A DNA stretch of 63,684 nt, the filler included, from Octopus bimaculoides (Eukaryota), in the NCBI RefSeq assembly GCF_001194135.2. It is 8 parts of 7 records of this genome, joined end to end, with 100 filler letters (N's around TTAATTAATTAA, not from the genome) between each part and the next. Parts side by side here need not be neighbours in the genome. Positions count along the whole stretch, not along the records: positions 1 to 27,961 come from NC_068992.1; 7 more parts are not named here. The stretch is one strand, 5' to 3'. The notes below the pieces were generated by a model. That model ran no database searches, was not told the origin of the DNA, and saw nothing but the letters and a program-made list of their open reading frames with translations. The translations under genes were made by a program, and so were the position numbers. Positions 12,650 to 26,199 of the stretch are shown piece by piece (within the stretch, counting starts at the first letter, position 1; every line of letters begins with the position of its first letter).

Positions 12650-13400
12650 GACCGGAGGCGGAGGGATGGTTATAGTGATGATGATGATGTTGTTTGTGTG
12701 ATGGTAATGATGCTGATCATGGTAGCTATTGAGGTGGTTGTTATGATGATGAATGTAGTGATGGTGATGTTGGCGGTGTCTTGATACTGTTGTCTTTGTT
12801 GTTGCGGTTTAACCCTTGGGTACATCTGATTGGGCACAGCTTATGATCAAAGACATTCCACTCGTGAGCATCCCGTCATTTTCCTATACACAAGGAACAC
12901 AAGACTGCATCATCCAACGAATCTTTTCCAAAGACGGTGACATGTGAACTGAAAGATATTTGACTACTATTTTTAGCATATATAACGACCACATTCGAGG
13001 CTCTTTCGCATTGACTCGTGTTGACGATGTAAGCGATGTTGCTGATGGTGATGATGTTGATAGTGATGATGGTAGCGATGATAGTGGTCATGGTGGGGAT
13101 GGTGGCGAGGATTATATCAACGATGGTGACAGTACTTCGTGTGGTGGTGGTGGTGGTGGTGGTGGTGGCGGTAGAGGAGGCAGTAGTTATAGTGGTGGTG
13201 GTAGTAGTAGAGATAGTAGTGGTGACGATGGTGATGATGGCGTTGTTAGTAATGATGAGGCCAAGAGTGATGTTCAGGATGAGGAGGAAGGTGGGGGCTG
13301 GTGGTGATGGAGTGGATGATGATGATGATGATGGCGGATGAAAGTGAAAAGGACGATAGTATAAAGACATTAATAAAACTGATGACGATTATGATGATAA
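12650..13400. repeat. Degenerate (GGT/GAT/AGT)n low-complexity region
   Basis: Directly visible; explains the Gly/Asp-, Val- and Thr-rich ORFs here. Confidence 0.85.
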
Positions 13401-14059
13401 TGACAGTATAAAGAAAAAAAGTGATGATATTAAAGAATTTTAAATTTAATGATTATGTAATAATAAGGCAATGGCCACTAATGACAAAAGATATGGTAAT
13501 TATAATGATTGGGATTATAATTAAAAGAACAAAGACCGAATCCTGTGTTTTTTTTTACCAAATCCATGCTTACAAAAACACACAGACNNNNNNNNNNATA
13601 TATATATATATATATATATATATCAAATTCATTCTTATATTCGTATGATCCAATAAAGATAATTTATACTGTTAATTAGCTTGTAATTAATTGATCAATT
13701 AAAAAAAGAGATGTGGAATTTCGAATTGACAGTAAAATCGGATACGCTTGAAGAGGTCACAGCGTACGGAATTTTAATGGAGACAGAATTGTTTTAAATC
13801 TTTCAGATAGTTCCGTGATGAAACGAAAGTTTTAAAACATCAAAGAGCTTCATATCTTAATTACACATGATGGTCCCCACGAGACAACAAAAGAACCACT
13901 ACGTAATAACAGTTCAAACTGCAAGGAATGGCAAACAAATCCCTCTCAAATCATATTTTGGGGTTCTACCGTCACATTTCTTAAAAATAGGGAGCATATT
14001 ATGTCACAGTCTGAATTAAACAGTTTTAAGGTCTACTCGGTGAGAACTGATCTGGGACA

Positions 14060-14487
<428 letters not shown>

Positions 14488-15168
14488 NNNNNNNNNNNNN
14501 NNNNNNNNNNNNNNNNNNNNNNNNNNNNNNNNNNNNNNNNNNNNNNNNNNNNNNNNNNNNNNNNNNNNNNNNNNNNNNNNNNNNNNNNNNNNNNNNNNNN
14601 NNNNNNNNNNNNNNNNNNNNNNNNNNNNNNNNNNNNNNNNNNNNNNNNNNNNNNNNNNNNNNNNNNNNNNNNNNNNNNNNNNNNNNNNNNNNNNNNNNNN
14701 NNNNNNNNNNNNNNNNNNNNNNNNNNNNNNNNNNNNNNNNNNNNNNNNNNNNNNNNNNNNNNNNNNNNNNNNNNNNNNNNNNNNNNNNNNNNNNNNNNNN
14801 NNNNNNNNNNNNNNNNNNNNNNNNNNNNNNNNNNNNNNNNNNNNNNNNNNNNNNNNNNNNNNNNNNNNNNNNNNNNNNNNNNNNNNNNNNNNNNNNNNNN
14901 NNNNNNNNNNNNNNNNNNNNNNNNNNNNNNNNNNNNNNNNNNNNNNNNNNNNNNNNNNNNNNNNNNNNNNNNNNNNNNNNNNNNNNNNNNNNNNNNNNNN
15001 NNNNNNNNNNNNNNNNNNNNNNNNNNNNNNNNNNNNNNNNNNNNNNNNNNNNNNNNNNNNNNNNNNNNNNNNNNNNNNNNNNNNNNNNNNNNNNNNNNNN
15101 NNNNNNNNNNNNNNNNNNNNNNNNNNNNNNNNNNNNNNNNNNNNNNNTGAATGAAAGACTCATGTTTC

Positions 15169-15376
15169 CAGGGAGTCTCTCTAAGTCGAGCCGCTACCAT
15201 TACGGACTTAGAGATCACAACCCCAGTAATACGGACTTGTCATTAGTGTGCCACAAGATAGAATTGCAAGACGGTTCCTTCAAGCCGAGCCAACTGGAAG
15301 GAGAGCTAGGGGTAGTCGAAGAAGAGATGGTTGGGTAATATCGACAGTCTATGGGGCGGCGAGCTGGCAAAATGGT

Positions 15377-15408
<32 letters not shown>

Positions 15409-15411
15409 TTA

Positions 15412-15442
<31 letters not shown>

Positions 15443-16312
15443 CAACACTGTCCAATCTCTTAATACTCGGCTTTTGGACTAGATTGTATTACATTCTTGG
15501 CCATAACATCTCTGCTAATTCTTATCACTGTCATTTTGTGTGACTCAAGTTACGCCTCGAAGTGGGAAAAACGGTTTTTATTTCCTAGAATATGAAGAAA
15601 AATTCGAAAGAAAGAAAGTAGAGAAAAAGAGTGAGTGAGAGTATATATGCATGGGAGAGAGAGAGAGAGATAGAGAAAGAGAGCGAAAGATAGAGAGAGA
15701 AATAAAGAAATAGAAGGGAGAAACAAAACAAAAACAAACAAAAAAACCCCAGATATGTCAAACACTTCAAGCAAACGGAAGTTTCTATTTACCAAAATAA
15801 ATTAATATGTCAGGCCTTGAAATATCCCTTATATTATTCCTTTCATGTGATGCAACAAAATATACAAAACTATCAGTGTTTCTGGTAATTACAAGCCGGT
15901 AGCTGTGGATATCATAAGGTTCTCGTTTGAAGCATGTATTAGGGATATTTCAATGAAGGAGCCATGTTCCACTCATGTAAATGCCTAATTCGATACAGTA
16001 TGGTCATGAATGGTGGGTATTGACCGAATGAATACGATCGTAAATACAAGTAACCTAAATGGGGATCCTTCAAAGGATCGACAGGGTGTGTAACTCGGAG
16101 ATCAGGGAGTCTCTCTAAGTCGAGCCGCTACCATTACGGACTTAGAGATCACAACCCCAGTAATACGGACTTGTCATTAGTGTGCCACAAGATAGAATTG
16201 CAAGACGGTTCCTTCAAGCCGAGCCAACTGGAAGGAGAGCTAGGGGTAGTCGAAGAAGAGATGGTTGGGTAATATCGACAGTCTATGGGGCGGCGAGCTG
16301 GCAAAATGGTTA
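15169..16312 (+). repeat. Exact 210-bp direct repeat (15169-15378 = 16103-16312)
   Basis: No mismatch seen by eye. Confidence 0.93.
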
Positions 16313-16519
16313 GCACGCCGGGCGAAATGCTTAGCGGTATTTCGTCTGTCGTTACGTTCTGAGTTCAAAATCCGCCGAGGTCGACTTTGCCTTTCATCCT
16401 TTCGGGGTCGATAAATTAAGTACCAGTTACGCACTGGGGTCGATATAATCGACTTAATCCCTTTGTCTGTCCTTGTTTGTCCCTTCTAGGTTTATTCTCT
16501 TGCGGGCAATAGAGAAATA
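16288..16519 (+). mobile_element. SINE family A monomer with TSD
   Basis: Head ggcggcgagctggca, B-box-like gagttcaaaatcc, core gtcgactttgcctttcatcctttcggggtcgataaa. Flanking near-direct repeat aatatc(g/c)acagtct at 16271-16284 and 16520-16533. Confidence 0.85.
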
Positions 16520-16934
16520 AATATCCACAGTCTTAGTTGGTCGCGCTTGGGAATCCAGTTGGTAAATCTGGTGATGATTGCTTTTAATATGACCCTATGG
16601 AGGTGGTGCCTGGGGACTCTAACCCTACAGCCCTCCCAGGAATAATGGACGGTAGATGGTTGTAGAGATGTTTCCCAGTTAAATGTTCGCCTGCGTAGGT
16701 TCTATCACTCCATTATCTTGCATTATTTGCTCTGTTTTTTTTTAAAGTTCTGGGTTCACATTACGTTGATGGCAATTTGCCTTTCATTCTTTCGGAGGCT
16801 GACAAAATAAAGTACCAGGCAAATACTGTGGTCTATGAATTCGACTAACTCTCTTCCCTCAAAATAGCTGGTTTTTGTACCTAAATCAGAAAATATAATT
16901 TTATGGTATTTGTTCAGTCATTAGATTGCGGTAT

Positions 16935-17232
16935 TTATTCTATCGGTCTCTTATTGCCGAAACGCTAAGTTACGGGGATGTAATCCATTCAACACCGGTT
17001 GTCAAGCGGTGGTGGTAAGACAAACACAGATACAAAGACACACACAGACACACACAAACACACACACACACATACGACGAGCTTCTTTCAGTTTCCATCT
17101 ATCAAATCCACTCAGAAAGTGTTGGTTGGCCCGCGGCTATCGTAGAAGTTACTTGCCCAAAGAGCCACAAAGTGGGACCGAATCTGGAACCGTGTAGTTG
17201 TGAAGCAAGTCTCTTACAACACAGCCACACTT
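16935..17232 (-). mobile_element. SINE family B copy
   Basis: Reverse-complement similarity to both halves of 39848-40262, with an internal (CA)n. Confidence 0.8.
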
Positions 17233-18529
17233 GTTTCTTTACATTCTGGGTTCAAATCCTACTAAAGTCAACTTTGCCTTCATCCTTTCAAGGGCGATAA
17301 ATTACCGATCAGGTATTGGAATCTATTGAGCCCTTCTCATAAACAATAATTTCATTGTCACTAAGTACCAGCTATTTTTAGTCTCAGTTCATCCCTGATC
17401 CAGCCGTGAACACCATGTCTTTAATTCAGATATAGTATATATAAAAAGAATGTATCTATTCTCTCCTTTCTGTTGCGTTATACAGTGTATGCGATTTGAT
17501 TGAAATTAAGTTATTATTTCTAGCAAGTCTAGTAAGAATGTAGAGAACTTTTGCTGGTTTCTTCGAATGACGTTAATGTAGTATCTGAATGAGATCACTT
17601 TCATTCGGAATTGAAACCAAGGCAACAACTTAACACGTCTGCATTATACTTCTGGTAGTACGACGCTCGTTCATGGTCGAACAGTTGTGATTATACACGG
17701 AAAATTCACTGTTATATTAGACTATCGGGTAGATATAGCTAAATATATGAAGGAAAAAGAAAAAGCAAAACAGAAAAGAGAACAAATAATATAACTATAT
17801 ATTCTTAGTGAAAATTTCGTTGCTATGGTTGAAACAATTTCACTAACACTAAAATGAACATATTAGCTTTATGTCTCGGTCTTTTTTTTTTTTTTTTTAC
17901 CTTTGTATCGTTTTGTTTTCAGAAGAAAAATGTTCGACTGAAGTATTTCCTCAATTAGAAGAAATATCTTTTGTTCACAATTTCATTTATGACAATTATT
18001 TTTGTTACACGGCAAAATAACAACAATAAAAATAATAATACCGATAACAGCCAGTAAATAGCTTTATAGTTGATTTCATTAATTAAATTTTATATTTATT
18101 TATTTTTATTTCATTTTTCATTTATTTTTCTCTACTTTTTTTTTTTTACTGATTGAAACCCACAGTTTGTCAGAGGTTTCGTTTTTATCATTTGTCTGTT
18201 GTCTTGAAGATTGTACGACATTAACGAGAGCATGTATGAACAAAACAACAACATCAAAAACAATATAACAAGCAAGATCTTTAAAAAATGACGAAACCCG
18301 GAAGTTTGGCATTTATTTTGAAAGCATTGTACACATTGGATTTCTAAATTTTTATTCAACGGTTTGTAAACAAACAATATTTAACAACCTACTCGAAGAT
18401 TTTATTCTGTTTGAGATGCAGTGACCATGACTACGGAGTGTATACATGTTCGTATATAAATAACACAGCTACTATATAAATATGAGCAGTTATAAGCATG
18501 TAGCTTAACCAGCGAAAAAAATCTTGTTT

Positions 18530-18553
18530 GTTTCGCACCTTCGGGCTCATCAG
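18530..18553 (-). ncRNA. Hammerhead-ribozyme catalytic-core-like motif
   Basis: Minus strand reads CTGATGA-GCCC-GAAG-GTGC-GAAAC: both conserved boxes are exact and stem II has 3 of 4 pairs. Stems I and III could not be identified. Confidence 0.3.
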
Positions 18554-18639
18554 ATCGATGCTTTTCTCGGTTTCTTAAACGTAAAGTAACTGAAAGTACA
18601 CAATTTCCTCCCGGATGGGACGTCATTCATTAGTCTGTT

Positions 18640-19225
18640 GCGAAGCTAACCCACTGCTCTTACTGGTATTGATTTTCAGTTGAGTTGTGTGAAGCTGCAT
18701 GAAATAAAGCGCTTTGTTTAAGTTTACGACGCACTACCTTGTCCAAGATCGGAATCCACATCCTGACGACCACGAGTTCAACGCTCTAACTATTAGACCA
18801 ACTTAACCTGTACATAAGCGTAATCAATATATCAATCAATGTATAAGGTGGGGGAGCTGGCCAGAATCGTTAGCACGTCAGGTAAATTGCTTAGCGACAT
18901 TTCGTTCGTCTTAACGTTCTGAGTTCAAATTCCGCCGGAGTCGACTTTGTATTTCATTCTTTTGGGGAGTGAGGGTGGGAAAGGTATGCTATAGTTTTTG
19001 CATAGGGCACGAGGCCAGCAATTTTGACAGAAGGAAGTTAGTCGATTTCATAGACCACAGTATTTGTCTGGTACTTTATTTTGTCAGCCCTCGAAATGAT
19101 GAAAGGCAAATTGACATCAACATAATGTGAATCCAGAACCTAAAAATCCAAACTTGACACTGGGGTCGATGTAATCGACTTAACCTCTCTCCCAAAATTG
19201 CGGGCCTTGAGCCAAAATTAGAAAT
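18640..19225. mobile_element. Cluster of old SINE fragments (family A plus an older tRNA-derived SINE)
   Basis: Family A head and core at 18847-18965, 19005-19150 and 19160-19225; older SINE remnant at 18640-18800, similar to remnants at 20080-20175 and 23140-23270. Confidence 0.65.
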
Positions 19226-20570
19226 CAGTATATCAAACAAAGTAACTAATGAGATTAATTTCTTACCATTTCTGCGAATAGTAAAGACTGAATTTCTTTG
19301 GGGAAGTACGATGAGAATTCTTTACAATCATAAAATGTCAACAGCAAAAACATCTCATTATCTTATTGAAAAAGTGACTCGCAGACACCCAAGTCGATGG
19401 CAGTTTGGGATGCTAGCAGAATGGCCAACGGCTCGTATCCTAGCTACAGTTCAACGATGTCTTAGTAGCTCAACAACGTTTAGCAGTTCAACGGCGGCTT
19501 GATTAACAAGTCATTTCACTGTTGATATCAGAGTACATCTAAATTTAAACGAGGAACGATTGAAGGATATGCAATCGCTGTAAAGAGCAACATCCCCGTA
19601 AACATACTGGGTGTTTTATTGGTTTACAAACTTAAGTTTAAAGCTCTTTTTAGAAGCTCAGATCGAAGCAATGTTAATGCCGCTAAGTCGTGTGAATTCC
19701 TAATAAAAACTATAAGCCGCAAATTTTGGAAATACGTTTGTGTCGGCAGATTATATGAATATACATTCTGCGATGGACAGCGACAGTCAGAGGACTATTG
19801 TTGCAATACAAGAAATCACTATCGGTGTTAACTCTTAAGTATTGTATAAAATATTGTTGACAATATGTTTTATGTATGATTTGACTCAAACATCTTGAGT
19901 TATTATCAGTAACGATGGATGAAATATAATGTCGGTTGAAACAGGAATAAAAGGCAGAATAGTGAGATATCGAACTATATAATATAAATCATCCGGTTCG
20001 AAAAGAGAGAGAGAGAGAGAGAGAGAGTTGCACGGCTGGTATGTATTTTCAGCTGATTAGACTGAAAAATGTGTAAATGAAGTGTCTTGTTTAAGGACTC
20101 TCGACGCACTGCCTTATCAAGGAATTGAATCCTCAACATCCAGACCAGCATTATACACTCTTCAACGCAACCTACACTTGTGAGAAACAGTTTACTCAAA
20201 TAAAACATTCTTAGTTTTGGAGAAAGAAAGCAAATGGCAGTATAATAGTTCGTACATGACTCACATATACACACATACGCGCCACCACACGCACACACAC
20301 ACACATGTGCATACACACACATGCGCACATACATGTGCATACAGTTACAACTAAGTCAACGCAGGATGAAGGCACGGATATGCGATTAATAAGAACGCTT
20401 CGCAACTTTGCGATTTCTGATTCGATTCCACAGCACGAAAAATTGGTCAAATTTAATATAGCCACGAATTGAACAAAAGTGAAATTTGACAAATGGAGAA
20501 GCTGTTGGAACCCCAAAATGGGAGACAGACTACATCCATCATTCAGATTAATAATATTACATGGTCCGAA

Positions 20571-20965
20571 GGCGGCGAACTGGCAGAAACGTTAGCGCCC
20601 CGTGCTAAATGCTTAGCGGTATTTCGTCTGCCGTTACGTTCTGAGTTCAAATGCCGTCAAGGTCAACTTTGCCTTTCATCTTTTTGGAGGTTGATAAAAC
20701 AAAGTGCAACTTATGCACCAGATCGGTATAGTCGACACCCCCGGTCCTCCCAAATTTCTGGTTTTTATGATCGGTGGATTTCGTCGGTACGAAATGGCTT
20801 GTGGTATTTGTCCAACTCCTTACTATCTGAGTACAAATCTCGGCGAGGCTAACTTTGTTTTCATCTTTTTCGAGATCAATAAAATAAGTACTAGATTTGT
20901 ACTGGGATGGATGTAATCCATTTCCCCTCCTCCTATCAGAATTTTGGCCGCGTACCAAAATTAGA
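20571..20965 (+). mobile_element. Two tandem SINE family A copies
   Basis: Head ggcggcgaactggcagaaacgttagc and two cores. Confidence 0.75.
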
Positions 20966-21349
20966 AAGAAGAGTAGTGATAGAATTTGATGTGAATTTTT
21001 AACAAAGGTTGTAAGCTGCAGATTTTGGAAGTGCATAGAATCGAGCAGATGGATTTTAATACACAAGTTTAATAAAAGGAAAGTTTAGTGTAAATGAGGT
21101 CTGAAATTAGAATGTTAAGGAACGTGTCTAAATAAGGCTGAAATTTTTGCCAATTCACTACCACCGTGTATACTTTACACTAAACCTTATACTAATATGT
21201 TGGATTCAAACTTTTAAAATGGTTTCTTCCCCCCTCCCCTCCCCACTCTCTTTCTCTATCTCTCACACATACACACATACACATACATACGCACACACTT
21301 TTCCTCTGTAAATGCAAATTTTCATCCTGCAGCAAATAATGATATTGGC

Positions 21350-22382
21350 TTAAAATTTTGGCACTAGGCCAGAAATTTGATGGGAAGGAACTCAGTCGAT
21401 TACATCAGCCCCAGCGTTGAACTGGTACTATTCTTTTTTATCGACGCCGAAAGAATGAAAGGCAAAATCGAAATGAGAAGAATTTGAACTCAAAACGTAA
21501 AGACGGACGAAATGCCGCTAAGCATTTTGTCCAGTGTACTAACGATTCTGCCTGCTGGACGCCTTTATGAGGATAATCTGTTTTACAATAGATACAATTT
21601 AGTGGAAGGGATAAGTCGATGACATCGATCCCGTTGTTTCACTAGTACTTAATTTATCAACCCCGAAAGAATGAAAAGCAAAGTCGACCTCGGTGGAATT
21701 TGAACTCAGAACGTAATGAGGGAACTCAGGACGTAAAGCATTTTGCCCGGTGTGCTAACGATTGGAATAATCCTTTCTACTAAAAAAGCACAATGCCTTA
21801 AATTTGGGGGCGGGGGCTAGACGATTACATGAACCCAGTGCTCAACTGGTACTTATTTCATTGACCCCGAAAGGATAAAAGGCAAAGTCGACCTCGGTGG
21901 TATTTGAATTAAGAACGTAAAGACGGATGAAATGCCGCTAAGCATTTTGTCCGGCATGCTAACGATTCTCGTTGTAATAATCCATTCTGCTGGAGACACA
22001 AGGCCTCAAATTTGGGTGGGAGAGGTGACTAGTCGATTACATCGACCCCAATGTTTCACTGGTACTTAATTTATCGACTCCGAAAGGATGAAAGGCAAAG
22101 TCGAACTGGGCGGAATTTGAACTCAGAACGTAGTGACAGGCGAAATACCACTTTCTCGTCATAATAATCCTTTCTGCTCGAGGCACAAGGCCCCAAATTT
22201 CTGGGGAGGGGACTAGTCAATTACATCGACTCCAGTGTTTCACTGGTACTTAATTTATCGACTCCGAAAGGATGAAAGGCAAAGTTGACCTCGGTGAAAT
22301 TCGAACTCAGAGCGAAACGACGGGCGAAATATCGCTAAGCATTTCGTCCAGCGCGCTAACGATTCTGCCAGCTCGCTGCCGT
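21350..22382 (-). mobile_element. Head-to-tail array of five SINE family A copies
   Basis: Five successive cores (gaaagg/aatgaaaggcaaagtcgacctcgg...gaactcagaacg) at about 190-220 bp spacing, all on the minus strand. Confidence 0.85.
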
Positions 22383-23306
22383 CTCTCGTTTAATAAATAG
22401 CAATAACAAAGAATCGTAAAAGTTTGCGTTTAGAAACGGACAGGTAACCAAACGAACAAAAACAAATAACAAACAACACAACAAACACAAAAACACAATA
22501 CTTTAGTCTCATAATTAAACATGTTGTATAAGTACCATGTGCAGTCTTCGAACCACGCCCCAAATTAAAACAGCACACATAGGAGGAGTTTGATCACATT
22601 GTTAGTAATTAAAGAAACTTTGGCCGGTTATGGAGTAGAATTTCTCACTCAAGTCACAAAAGTTTACTAGTAAACGGTAACAACGAACAAATAGATAGGA
22701 AAAAATTGTCAGGATAAAGCTGAGAGGTCAAAATGTCGACGTTTTGAACACGTATCGTCGGAGATGGGACACGAAACATGGTATCGTTTAAATGTTTTCG
22801 TTAACACTTTTAAGGAGAACACTGTTGAGAACATACAGCTAACAGGTTCGAATATAGCGTAAAGACAACAGCAAAACCATACATGTCACAATAAGTTTAG
22901 ATACATATAGCCACCGCAGTATATATATAAAAGTATGTTACTAAATTTGAGAAAATATGAACTGAACAGAATATCATTTATACAAACTAACAATCATACA
23001 TTCATATACAAATACATACGTTACGTACGTGTGTATATTGGTATGTGTCTATCAAAAATGGACCAAAGGTCCTGTCCAAGATAGGATCATGAGGTCGGTT
23101 TCAAGGTCCGCTGCAGGATTCTACTCAATTTTGCTAGCTGAATGGGACTGGAGCAAAAGAAAACGAAGTGTTTTTCTTGAGGTCACAATGGATCGCCTGC
23201 TCCAAGAATCTAAATCACACTATTATGGTCAAGAGTGGAACACCCTAACCACTAAACCACGCGACTCCGTCCCTCACATATATATGAACATATGTGTGTA
23301 TGTGTG

Positions 23307-23343
<37 letters not shown>

Positions 23344-23695
23344 NNNNNNNNNNNNNNNNNNNNNNNNNNNNNNNNNNNNNNNNNNNNNNNNNNNNNNNNN
23401 NNNNNNNNNNNNNNNNNNNNNNNNNNNNNNNNNNNNNNNNNNNNNNNNNNNNNNNNNNNNNNNNNNNNNNNNNNNNNNNNNNNNNNNNNNNNNNNNNNNN
23501 NNNNNNNNNNNNNNNNNNNNNNNNNNNNNNNNNNNNNNNNNNNNNNNNNNNNNNNNNNNNNNNNNNNNNNNNNNNNNNNNNNNNNNNNNNNNNNNNNNNN
23601 NNNNNNNNNNNNNNNNNNNNNNNNNNNNNNNNNNNNNNNNNNNNNNNNNNNNNNNNNNNNAGAGTTTATATATATATATATATATATATTATATA

Positions 23696-23741
<46 letters not shown>

Positions 23742-25428
23742 CGTAAACAAAACCACGCATGCTTGCATACACAATTTCTTACAGTCACATAGATGAACAT
23801 AAAGAATGAAAGTGTCTACTTACTGTTTTGGCCAATACCAACAAGAAACAGATTGTGATGGCAACAAATGACAAATGTTTGCAGAACATTTTGAGTTCCT
23901 CTGTGTGTTTTTGTTTGTGTGTGTGTTTTTTTTTCTTCTGCAGCCCTTCAAACAGACTTCTCAGAAAGAATTCTTCTTCGTTTAATATATATTGTTCGTC
24001 TGGTACCTCTTATAAATTACGTTGTTGTTTTAAGGTGTATGTATATATATATATATATATAAATATGTAAATATATGAATAAATTAATATTTAAATATAT
24101 ATTTATATTTTTTCTTCTCTTTTTTTTTGGTTTTTGAGAATGCACCACCGATGTTAGGATTTGCTTAGAAGAATGTATGATAATATTCATTATTTTTCAG
24201 CATCTTATATTGTTAGTAAAGGCAGGGCTTCGTGATGTCACGAGAACAAATACGTCCAATCAGCAACCGGTATTGATTTCCGGCCGATGGTGTCGGCGGA
24301 CTTGATTGCAAATAAAATCCCACACAGAAAGATACACACACAAACATAGAAGCGGCATAAACGCATGTGTAACACATTTACAAAACACAGTCACGCATAC
24401 ACATTCTCTTTCACACGCCCTATTACTCTCCCTATCTCTCTCTCTCTCTCTCTCATGCACATACAACATATATACATGCATATACACACATATACATACG
24501 TACAGGCACACACGCGCCCTCTCATTGAAATTTGTAAATGCAACATGGCCGCCTACATACATACAAAACTATATGTGCATATACACAAACACACACACAA
24601 GATATGTGCATACCTATATATATGCAATCACATAAGGATAACACGTACATATATACACACGCATACACGAAAATAATAATATATATCCTATTGCAATTTT
24701 GCATCCCACAAAAACACACCCATACAAAGATACAATCGTTGTCATATTTAATCATTTGGTGACTCGTATCTCACAGAACACATATATTTATATCTATATA
24801 CATGCGTATATATANNNNNNNNNNNNNNNNNNNNNNNNNNNNNNNNNNNNNNNNNNNNNNNNNNNNNNNNNNNNNNNNNNNNNNNNNNNNNNNNNNNNNN
24901 NNNNNNNNNNNNNNNNNNNNNNNNNNNNNNNNNNNNNNNNNNNNNNNNNNNNNNNNNNNNNNNNNNNNNNNNNNNNNNNNNNNNNNNNNNNNNNNNNNNN
25001 NNNNNNNNNNNNNNNNNNNNNNNNNNNNNNNNNNNNNNNNNNNNNNNNNNNNNNNNNNNNNNNNNNNNNNNNNNNNNNNNNNNNNNNNNNNNNNNNNNNN
25101 NNNNNNNNNNNNNNNNNNNNNNNNNNNNNNNNNNNNNNNNNNNNNNNNNNNNNNNNNNNNNNNNNNNNNNNNNNNNNNNNNNNNNNNNNNNNNNNNNNNN
25201 NNNNNNNNNNNNNNNNNNNNNNNNNNNNNNNNNNNNNNNNNNNNNNNNNNNNNNNNNNNNNNNNNNNNNNNNNNNNNNNNNNNNNNNNNNNNNNNNNNNN
25301 NNNNNNNNNNNNNNNNNNNNNNNNNNNNNNNNNNNNNNNNNNNNNNNNNNNNNNNNNNNNNNNNNNNNNNNNNNNNNNNNNNNNNNNNNNNNNNNNNNNN
25401 NNNNNNNNNNNNNNNNNNNNNNNNNNNN

Positions 25429-25462
<34 letters not shown>

Positions 25463-26199
25463 GATATATGAGCATATGCATGTATACATACATATATGTA
25501 CATACCTACATCTACATGTATATATAGATGCATGTCCGGGTACAGGACGTCAAAAAACGTGGACAAAAAGGGAACGGGAACATAAACAAAGCACAAAAAA
25601 ACGGACTTTTTTTACGGACAACAGAATGAACACATAGGAAAACAGACGAGCCACTTATGGCTCTCACTGCATATTACTTCTGTGTATTGTGTTTGGTTAC
25701 ATACTTATGCTCACCCTGCAATCATTAAATATTGTGCGATCGCTGTCTCTTATGACTATACATTTCTCTCCGAGATATTCTTATTCCTGTACATTGGCTA
25801 AAATAAACAAAAGAAACGTCGCGTCAAAATAGTAAATAATCGAGTGAAAAATCCATGGTTTTCTCTAAAAAAACTTATATATGTTTACGAAACTTCAAAT
25901 TTGAGCTACCCTCTTTCCGTCTCTTTCCTCAGCTTTACTCCGGCTTACCCCAACCACTCTTGAAAAGACTAAAGTGAAAGAATAAGCAGAGACATTTGAG
26001 CCTCTGATACAGTGCCTCGTGTTATTTGTTTCGACTCTCCACGCTCTGAGTTCAAATCCTGTCGGCGCATATTTCGCGATTTTATCGTTCTGGCTGCGAC
26101 AAAAACAATTCGCTGAAGAGAATTGGCGGAAGTGTAAAAACGTCGAACTATTTGTCTTGCATTATTTGTTCCGGCTTTTGACGGCAGCAAACCGGCAGA

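Noticed and set aside
12876-13370. Gly/Asp-rich, Val-rich and Thr-rich overlapping ORFs
   Set aside because: Degenerate GGT/GAT trinucleotide repeats open in several frames; no domain signal.
20493-20852. 119-aa ORF starting MEKLLEPQNG
   Set aside because: Most of it is SINE family A sequence; no splice donor supports a first exon.
21350-22382. Regularly spaced repeats as a CRISPR array
   Set aside because: Units are about 200-bp SINEs with no unique spacers of constant length and no cas genes, in eukaryotic context.
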